The notes below the pieces were generated by a model, which was not told the DNA's origin, did no database searches, and was given only the letters and a program-made list of their open reading frames with translations. Made by a program: the position numbers and the translations under genes. Shown piece by piece: positions 1 to 6,328 of a stretch of DNA of 10,188 nt. Every line of letters starts with the position of its first letter. The first letter of the stretch is position 1. Origin of the DNA: Bacteriovoracaceae bacterium (lineage in GTDB: Bacteria > Bdellovibrionota > Bacteriovoracia > Bacteriovoracales > Bacteriovoracaceae); contig JBMYPC010000111.1 of assembly GCA_049599895.1 (NCBI GenBank), positions 1 to 10,188 of the forward strand, written 5' to 3'.

Positions 1-1538
1 AGCGAAAAACAATCTATTTAGATGGAGAAAATTTAGATATCGACACCGTTGTTGAAATCTCAAATCATCCTGATCAGTTTCAGGTTGCAATCTCTGAAGA
101 ATCAATCAAAAAAATGAAAATCGCAAGAGACTACGTTTTAAACATCGCCAACAATGACGAAGCTGTCTATGGAATCAACACAGGTTTTGGTGCTCTCTCA
201 GAAGAAAGAATTGATCGTGACGATCTTTCTGAACTTCAAATCAATCTTATTCGCTCACATTGCACCGGTGTTGGTCGTCCTATGGATGATAACATCGTAA
301 GGGCCATTATGATCTTAAGGGCCAATTGCCTTGTCTCAGGTCATTCAGGTGTTTCCCTTGAAGCCGTTGAGAGACTTAACGACTTTATTAATTTTAATAT
401 TACTCCCGTTGTCCCAAGCAAAGGTTCCGTTGGAGCTTCTGGAGACCTTGCACCACTTTCTCACATCGCTCTTGGACTTATTGGCGAAGGGGAAGTGAAG
501 TATGAAGGGAAAATTGTAAACTCTCAGTTTGCCCTTGACCAAATTAAGAAAAAACCAGTTAAGCTAGGGCCCAAGGACGGGCTTGCTCTTATTAACGGAA
601 CAGCTGCCATGCTCGCTCATGGTTGTCATGCTGTTTATGAAGCAAGAAAGCTCGCTAAAATGGCTGACGTTATTAGCTGTATGACCCTTGAAGGGTTAAG
701 AGGGACATCAAAAGCCTATTCCCCTCTTATTTCCAGCTTAAAGCCTCACGTCGGTCAACTCAATGTCTGCTCGAACCTCAATCGACTTCTCGAAGAATCG
801 CAAATTAATGAAAGTCATGAAGATTGTGGAAAAGTTCAAGACCCTTATAGCTTAAGATGTGTTCCTCAAGTTCACGGATCTTGTCGCCAGACCATTAATC
901 ACGCAGCCGAGATTGTCGCTGTGGAAATTAACTCTGTTACCGACAACCCACTTATTTTTGTTGAGCAAGACGAAGTTCTCTCTGGTGGAAATTTCCATGG
1001 TGAGGCCCTGGCCTTTTGTATGGATTATCTTGCCATGGGACTCGCTGAATTTTGCAGTATCTCAGAAAGAAGAGTTGAAAAAATGATGGATCCTCACTTT
1101 AGTGACCTCCCTAGTTTTCTCACCACTCGATCAGGACTAAACAGTGGTCTTATGATTGCTCACGTAACTGCAGCAGCACTGACAAGCGAAAACAAAATCC
1201 TTTGTCATCCAGCTTCAGTGGACTCTGTTCCCACATCAACAGATAAAGAAGACCACGTTTCTATGGGTCTCACTTCTGGTCGAAAAGTTTGGGAGATTAT
1301 CTATAACCTCAAAAACGTCCTTGCCATTGAACTTCTCGCAAACTCTCAGGCGATTGATTTTCTAAGACCGCTCAAGTCATCAAAGTCCATTGAGGCTGTT
1401 CATAAACTTATTCGAAAGCATGTCCCTATTATTGAAAAAGATCGTGTGTTCTATAAAGATATTAAAAGCATTCGCAATCTTATCGACTCTGGTGAAATTA
1501 TTAAAACTATTGAAGAAGAAATTGGAGAATTATTATGA
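1..1538 (+). CDS. hutH: Histidine ammonia-lyase, 5'-truncated by the window edge
   Basis: The frame is open from nt 3 ([20 protein letters not shown]..., a typical HAL N-terminus), so the ATG at 114 is internal. Motifs: [14 protein letters not shown] (His-specific Ser-His), [12 protein letters not shown] with the MIO-forming ASG at 435-443, [22 protein letters not shown]. Adjacent to hutU. Confidence 0.97.
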   Translation, partial: RKTIYLDGENLDIDTVVEISNHPDQFQVAISEESIKKMKIARDYVLNIANNDEAVYGINTGFGALSEERIDRDDLSELQINLIRSHCTGVGRPMDDNIVRAIMILRANCLVSGHSGVSLEAVERLNDFINFNITPVVPSKGSVGASGDLAPLSHIALGLIGEGEVKYEGKIVNSQFALDQIKKKPVKLGPKDGLALINGTAAMLAHGCHAVYEARKLAKMADVISCMTLEGLRGTSKAYSPLISSLKPHVGQLNVCSNLNRLLEESQINESHEDCGKVQDPYSLRCVPQVHGSCRQTINHAAEIVAVEINSVTDNPLIFVEQDEVLSGGNFHGEALAFCMDYLAMGLAEFCSISERRVEKMMDPHFSDLPSFLTTRSGLNSGLMIAHVTAAALTSENKILCHPASVDSVPTSTDKEDHVSMGLTSGRKVWEIIYNLKNVLAIELLANSQAIDFLRPLKSSKSIEAVHKLIRKHVPIIEKDRVFYKDIKSIRNLIDSGEIIKTIEEEIGELL

Positions 1539-3196
1539 GCCATTTTGAAATTCCACTTCCTCCAACAGGATCGGAGCTGACTTGTAAAGGCTGGCACCAA
1601 GAAGGCGCTTTGAGATGCCTTCTTAATAATCTTCACCCTGAAGTTGCCGAAGACCGAGACAGTCTCATTGTCTATGGTGGCAACGGACAGGCTGCAAGAA
1701 ACCCTGAGTCCCTCAAGGCCATCATTGACGCATTAAAGAACCTCGAAGACGACCAAACTCTTCTCATTCAAAGTGGAAAACCAGTTGCCGTTGTTCCAAG
1801 TAACCCTCAAGGGCCAAGAGTTCTCATCGCCAACTCAAACCTTGTCCCTCATTGGGCCACATGGGATCAATTCAATCACTTTCAAACTGAAGGTCTTATG
1901 ATGTACGGTCAAATGACAGCAGGTTCTTGGATCTATATTGGCTCACAAGGAATTCTTCAAGGGACTTATGAAACCTTTATGGCCGCAGCTGAAAAGCATT
2001 ATGGAGAAGGCGCAACTCTTAAAGGCAAACTCGTTCTCACCGCTGGTATCGGTGGAATGGGTGGAGCTCAACCTCTTGCTGTAAAAATGGCCGATGGAGT
2101 TTTTCTAGGCTGTGATGTTTCAGTCGATCGAATTCAAAAAAGACTTGATTCAAAATATCTCGACACTCTTTGCGAGAGCTATGACGAGGCCATTGAGCTG
2201 GCACTTAAGGCGAAAGCTGATGGAGTGGCCACTTCTATTGCCGTGGTTGGAAATGCATCTGAGTTTTTTAAATATGTTCTTGATAAGGGAATCTTTCCTG
2301 ATCTTGTCACAGACCAAACAAGTGCTCACGATCCTCTTAATGGCTATGTTCCCGATACCTACTCTTTACAAGATGCCATGAGTGAAAAGGAAAAGGATTC
2401 TAAGCACTATACAGAACTAAGTTATCAAACGATGCGAAGACATGTTGAATCCATGCTTGAGTTTCAAAAGAAAGGCTCACATGTTTTTGATTACGGAAAT
2501 AACTTAAGAGAAGGGGCTAAGATCGCAGGGCTTGAACATGCTTTTGATTTCCCTGGTTTTGTTCCCGCATACATCCGACCACTTTTTTGTGAAGGCAGCG
2601 GTCCATTTCGCTGGGTTGCTCTCTCTGGAGACCCAGAAGATATCAGAGTGACCGACGAAGCCCTCATGGAGCTTTTCCCTGAAGATAAAAAACTTCATCA
2701 ATGGCTTAAAAAAGCTTCTGAGATGGTTCAATTTCAAGGTCTTCCCTCAAGGATCTGTTGGCTACGATACGGTCAAAGAGAAAAAGCAGGTCTTCTTTTT
2801 AATAAGCTAGTGAGAGAGGGAAAAGTCAAAGCTCCCATTATTATTGGTCGTGATCACCTTGACTGTGGCTCCGTCGCCTCTCCCAACAGAGAAACAGAGG
2901 GGATGAAAGATGGAAGTGACGCTATCAGTGACTGGCCACTTCTTAACTTAATGATCAATACAACTAACGGTGCTTCATGGACATCATTTCACCATGGTGG
3001 TGGAGTTGGTATGGGTTATTCTCAGCATGCAGGAATGGTTATCCTTGCTGACGGAACAGAAGAAATGGACACGAGGTTAAAGCGAGTTCTTAACAGTGAT
3101 CCAGGTATGGGCGTTATAAGACACGTGGATGCTGGTTACGAAAAAGCAAAAGAATTTGCGCCAAAAACGAATATTCAATTCCCAATGGGGCATTAA
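1535..3196 (+). CDS. hutU: Urocanate hydratase (urocanase)
   Basis: 553 aa. Motifs: [43 protein letters not shown] (NAD binding), [45 protein letters not shown] 4-nt overlap with the hutH stop. Confidence 0.98.
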   Translation: MSHFEIPLPPTGSELTCKGWHQEGALRCLLNNLHPEVAEDRDSLIVYGGNGQAARNPESLKAIIDALKNLEDDQTLLIQSGKPVAVVPSNPQGPRVLIANSNLVPHWATWDQFNHFQTEGLMMYGQMTAGSWIYIGSQGILQGTYETFMAAAEKHYGEGATLKGKLVLTAGIGGMGGAQPLAVKMADGVFLGCDVSVDRIQKRLDSKYLDTLCESYDEAIELALKAKADGVATSIAVVGNASEFFKYVLDKGIFPDLVTDQTSAHDPLNGYVPDTYSLQDAMSEKEKDSKHYTELSYQTMRRHVESMLEFQKKGSHVFDYGNNLREGAKIAGLEHAFDFPGFVPAYIRPLFCEGSGPFRWVALSGDPEDIRVTDEALMELFPEDKKLHQWLKKASEMVQFQGLPSRICWLRYGQREKAGLLFNKLVREGKVKAPIIIGRDHLDCGSVASPNRETEGMKDGSDAISDWPLLNLMINTTNGASWTSFHHGGGVGMGYSQHAGMVILADGTEEMDTRLKRVLNSDPGMGVIRHVDAGYEKAKEFAPKTNIQFPMGH

Positions 3197-4440
3197 TGTT
3201 TCAGACCTACGAAAATGTAAAAGAGATCCTCACACTTAGGAAGGCCTTTGAAAAAGATGGCCGAAACCTTTTACCAGAAGATCTCTCTGTAAGAAAAAAT
3301 GCAACCATAATCTTTGATGAAGAAAAAATTCTTTGGCTTGGAGATCACCAAGAATACCTTGATGTTAAAAAATCTGAGTTTGAAATCGAAAAGCGTTTTG
3401 ATGGAAGCAAGCTCATCATCACCCCTGAAATTGTCGACTCTCACACTCATCTTGTTTTTGGTGGCAACCGATCCAACGAATACCTGATGAGACTTGATGG
3501 CAAGTCATATGAAGAGATCGCCAAGGCGGGTGGTGGGATTCAATCCACGGTAAATTCAACACGAAGTCTTTCTGAAGATGATCTTTTTGAAGTCGCTTTC
3601 GAGCGAGTAGAAAACCTCTACTCATATGGTATCGGTACAATTGAAATCAAAAGTGGTTACGGTCTTGATTATGAAAGTGAAAAGAAACTAAGCACAGTCA
3701 TTCAAAGACTCAAAGAAGCCTTCGCTCCAGAAGTTCAAATCTTTAATACCTATATGGCAGCTCACGCCATCCCAAAAGAATACAATAAAGATGCCGATCG
3801 CTATCTTGATGAAGTCGTCGTTCCTTTGATGGAAGAATTAAAGAAAGACAATATTATCGATGCGGTTGATATTTTCCAAGAAGAGGGTTACTTCAACAAA
3901 GACCACACCATTAAAGTCTTTCAAAAGGCAAAAGAACTTAAACTTCCCTTAAAGATTCACGCCGATGAGTTCTGTGATAGCGGTGGGGCTGAAGTTGCAA
4001 TGGAATTTGAAGCTTTAAGTGCTGATCACCTCTTACAAACATCAAGCGAAACAATAAAGAAATTTAAAAACTCTAATACCGTCGCAACACTCCTTCCAGG
4101 GACATCTCTCTTTCTTGGAAAAAACTTCGCTAAAGGTAGAGAGTTTTACGACTCAGGTGCCAGAGTCTCTCTCGCCTCAGACTACAACCCTGGCTCTTGT
4201 CACTTTGATAACCTTCTCATGATCGCCTCAATGGCAGCAACTCAGTTTAAAACTAATCAGTGCGAACTTTGGTCTTCAATTACTCTTAATGCTGCAAAAT
4301 CTCTAGGCCTCAATGAACAAGGGGCCATTAAAGAAGGGCTTTCTTCAAGATTTTCGGTATTTAAAGCAAACACATACGCAGAGATCAGCTATTTTTGGGG
4401 CAAAAATTTCTCCATCATGCCTCCCCATCTCAATTCATAA
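3196..4440 (+). CDS. hutI: Imidazolonepropionase (amidohydrolase superfamily)
   Basis: 414 aa. DSHTHLVFGGNR (HxH metal ligands), GGGIQSTV, EIKSGYGL, KIHADE, SADHL, ASDYNPGS. TAATG 1-nt overlap with the hutU stop. Confidence 0.96.
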   Translation: MFQTYENVKEILTLRKAFEKDGRNLLPEDLSVRKNATIIFDEEKILWLGDHQEYLDVKKSEFEIEKRFDGSKLIITPEIVDSHTHLVFGGNRSNEYLMRLDGKSYEEIAKAGGGIQSTVNSTRSLSEDDLFEVAFERVENLYSYGIGTIEIKSGYGLDYESEKKLSTVIQRLKEAFAPEVQIFNTYMAAHAIPKEYNKDADRYLDEVVVPLMEELKKDNIIDAVDIFQEEGYFNKDHTIKVFQKAKELKLPLKIHADEFCDSGGAEVAMEFEALSADHLLQTSSETIKKFKNSNTVATLLPGTSLFLGKNFAKGREFYDSGARVSLASDYNPGSCHFDNLLMIASMAATQFKTNQCELWSSITLNAAKSLGLNEQGAIKEGLSSRFSVFKANTYAEISYFWGKNFSIMPPHLNS

Positions 4441-4472
4441 GATTAGAAGTCCTTTACTCCGAAAATATTAGT

Positions 4473-4865
4473 ATGAAGATCTTTGCAATCCTTTCACTTT
4501 TATTTTTGGCCTCTAGCTGTGGCGATCCAATGGGTCTTAGTAAACAAACTACTGTTTCAACTGATCGCAACACTTCTGTAAATGATGGCAACCAAGTTCT
4601 CTGCCCTCAGGTTTATCAACCTGTCTGCGACACAAATCGAAATATCACTTATTCAAATTCTTGTATTGCTTCAACTCAAGGAGCTTCTCAGGTTGTTGAT
4701 GGTGCCTGCCCTGATAACGGCGGCAGTGATGACTCTTATAAATTTTCGAGCTGCACATGTATTGCAGTAGTTCAGCCTGTCTGTGGCGCTGATGGAAATG
4801 TTTATTCCAACTCTTGTCATGCTGCTTGTGTGAATGTTCCTTATGGAAACCAGTACTGCAATTAA
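4473..4865 (+). CDS. Lipoprotein with two Kazal-type serine protease inhibitor domains (130 aa)
   Basis: The ATG at 4473 gives MKIFAILSLLFLASSC|G, a signal peptide with a lipobox-like Cys. Kazal 1: CPQVYQPVCDTNRNITYSNSC...DGAC. Kazal 2: CTCIAVVQPVCGADGNVYSNSCHAAC...YC. The track start at 4395 overlaps hutI and buries the signal peptide. Confidence 0.88.
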   Translation: MKIFAILSLLFLASSCGDPMGLSKQTTVSTDRNTSVNDGNQVLCPQVYQPVCDTNRNITYSNSCIASTQGASQVVDGACPDNGGSDDSYKFSSCTCIAVVQPVCGADGNVYSNSCHAACVNVPYGNQYCN

Positions 4866-4877
4866 GACAAAAATTTA

Positions 4878-4893
4878 TGGTATAGAACTTGCT
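4878..4893 (+). promoter_or_regulatory. Sigma54 (RpoN) -24/-12 promoter for the 4919 gene
   Basis: TGGTATAGAACTTGCT: GG (4879-80), exactly 10 nt, then GC (4891-92). Close to the consensus TGGCAC-N5-TTGCW. Intergenic, upstream of RBS GGGAG (4909-13) and ATG 4919. Confidence 0.7.
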
Positions 4894-4918
4894 TATTCTC
4901 CTAATAAAGGGAGAACAT

Positions 4919-5257
4919 ATGAAGCAATTTATCAATATCTTTTTATTTCAAATATTCATTCTCACAGATGTCAATGCAACATTGGTCCGAAGATTTCCAT
5001 GCCCACATGAAAAAAGCAAGCTCACATCCGAAGTAATTAAAAATAAATGGAAATGGATCAAAACATGCGAAAGAGAAAACATTATCAAGTTTATTCTAAG
5101 ATATCACAATCCCAATACATACCCTGTTTATGGCCGCATTGTTGAAAATGATATGCCAACATACTCCGTAGATGATTTCATAATAACAGCAGAGGAAGTG
5201 AATGATTGCAGCATAAAAGAAGATCGAGAAATTCTTTTTGTCTGCTCAATTGAGTAG
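4919..5257 (+). CDS. Small secreted 4-Cys protein (112 aa), paralog of the N-terminal domain of the downstream Hint protein
   Basis: RBS GGGAG at 4909-13. Probable signal peptide ending VNA|T at residue 20. Cys28/50/97/109. KWKWIKTC, TYPVYGRIVEN and CSIKEDREILFVC align with the 5401 gene. Confidence 0.82.
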   Translation: MKQFINIFLFQIFILTDVNATLVRRFPCPHEKSKLTSEVIKNKWKWIKTCERENIIKFILRYHNPNTYPVYGRIVENDMPTYSVDDFIITAEEVNDCSIKEDREILFVCSIE

Positions 5258-5270
5258 TTGTTATAAGCTT

Positions 5271-5315
5271 TTTCATTTCAAAAATGAAACGTCTATTTCA
5301 TATCCGAAACGAAAC
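5271..5315. promoter_or_regulatory. Candidate upstream activator sequences for a bacterial enhancer-binding protein
   Basis: Perfect inverted repeat TTTCATTT-caa-AAATGAAA (5271-5289). Two TTTCA-N5-GAAAC boxes at 5276-5290 and 5296-5310, 20 bp apart, lie about 40-80 bp upstream of the -24 element. Confidence 0.5.
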
Positions 5316-5350
5316 ACCTCTTTTAAACCACTGAAAATACAAATTAAAAA

Positions 5351-5367
5351 CTGGCACTACCATTGCT
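5351..5367 (+). promoter_or_regulatory. Sigma54 (RpoN) -24/-12 promoter for the Hint gene and downstream operon
   Basis: CTGGCACTACCATTGCT matches TGGCAC-N5-TTGCT exactly. Followed by RBS GGAGG (5391-95) and ATG 5401. Confidence 0.85.
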
Positions 5368-5400
5368 CTTTCCGGAAGCAACTAAAAAACGGAGGAAAAA

Positions 5401-6282
5401 ATGGAATTAGGAAAAAAAGTTGTTTTAGCAGTAACTCTACTTTCATCTATTGCAAACGCAAAGTTTATTACAGGACGTTGTCCAGAAATGGATAAAAACT
5501 TAAATGTAGAGAAGGCCAAGGCTCGTTGGGCATGGGTGAAAAAATGTGATCCTGTTTCTTATCGTTACAATGTGAAGTTTAAGAAAACTAACGCTGGATC
5601 GGGAGTTAGTTATCCAATTTTTGGAATAGTTGAAAATTATGAAACTGGAGATTTTAAGCTAACTGGCTACGTTGCTCCTACAAAAGCTGATGCAGAATGT
5701 AACATCCCTGAAGGTCACGAGATTGTCGCTTTTTGTGTTGCTGGTTGCTACACTCCAAATCAAGAACTCTCTTTTGGTCTCTCAAAAGATCAAGGTCGTT
5801 CTTTTTCCTTTAATCGTGATGAAGCTTTTACAATTAAACCACAGTATGCTCTTTCTGTTGCAGCCAACTCAAGTCTCAACAATATTGAACCAAAATATCG
5901 AAAAGTACTAAAGTTAACCGAATCACTTGTTGCTGAGAACAATTCTATTCTTAAGTTTGAGCTTTCCTCAGGAAAAACTCTCGAAGTAACAGAAACTCAT
6001 CCTATGGTCTCTGGTCGTGGAATGATGAAAGAAGCTCAAAGTTTTAAAGTTGGCGAGTCCTTTGTCACAAAAGATGCCCTAAAAGATGAAATTGTTTCGA
6101 TCTCCAAAAAGAGTTTCTATGGAAAAGTCTGGAATGTTGCTGTTAAGGCACCAACGAGAAATGAAAGACTTGTAGTCGCTAATGGTTATCTCTCCGGGGA
6201 CATTAGTTTTCAAAATGAAAACTCAAAGTTTCTCAACCAGCTTGTTATGAGAACTCATCTACCAAAAGAACTCATTCAATAA
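5401..6282 (+). CDS. Secreted protein: 4-Cys N-terminal domain, Hint (Hedgehog/intein-like) autoprocessing domain, short C-terminal tail
   Basis: Signal peptide ending ANA|K at residue 20. Hint block A G115|C116YTPNQ, block B LEVTETHPMV (T197-x-x-H200), EAQSFKVGESF, block F KVWNVAV, block G VVANGYLSGD. No homing endonuclease. Confidence 0.88.
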   Translation: MELGKKVVLAVTLLSSIANAKFITGRCPEMDKNLNVEKAKARWAWVKKCDPVSYRYNVKFKKTNAGSGVSYPIFGIVENYETGDFKLTGYVAPTKADAECNIPEGHEIVAFCVAGCYTPNQELSFGLSKDQGRSFSFNRDEAFTIKPQYALSVAANSSLNNIEPKYRKVLKLTESLVAENNSILKFELSSGKTLEVTETHPMVSGRGMMKEAQSFKVGESFVTKDALKDEIVSISKKSFYGKVWNVAVKAPTRNERLVVANGYLSGDISFQNENSKFLNQLVMRTHLPKELIQ

Positions 6283-6295
6283 AATCAAAACTTCA

Positions 6296-6318
6296 GGGGC
6301 ACATCCGTGCCCCCTTTT
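6296..6318 (+). terminator. Intercistronic GC hairpin: weak intrinsic terminator or mRNA stabiliser
   Basis: GGGGCAC-atcc-GTGCCCC (6296-6313), then CTTTT, directly abutting the next RBS AGGAG (6319-23). Confidence 0.65.
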
Positions 6319-6328
6319 AGGAGACATC

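Noticed and set aside
114..116. ATG 114 as the hutH start
   Set aside because: The frame is open to the window edge and encodes the conserved HAL N-terminal segment (IYLDGENL), so the true start is upstream.
4395..4472. Track start of the Kazal ORF at 4395
   Set aside because: It overlaps hutI by 46 nt. ATG 4473 puts the signal peptide and lipobox at the N-terminus.
4889..4918. TTG start at 4889 for the 4-Cys gene
   Set aside because: It coincides with the -12 element of the sigma54 promoter. ATG 4919 has a proper RBS and gives a 20-aa signal peptide like its paralog.
5363..5381. Imperfect dyad TTGC-tct-TTCCGGAA-GCAA over the -12 element and predicted start site
   Set aside because: It needs a 3-nt bulge and occurs once, which is not enough to call an operator or RNA structure.
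5238..5495. 85-aa ORF, considered as a frameshifted Hint continuation of the 4919 gene
   Set aside because: Beyond SCY there is no Hint similarity (no TxxH). It spans promoter and enhancer DNA and overlaps both neighbours.
5746..6201. Mobile self-splicing intein
   Set aside because: There is no homing endonuclease, no terminal His-Asn and no +1 Cys/Ser/Thr, and it is not inserted in a conserved host enzyme. It is better read as a resident autoprocessing domain.
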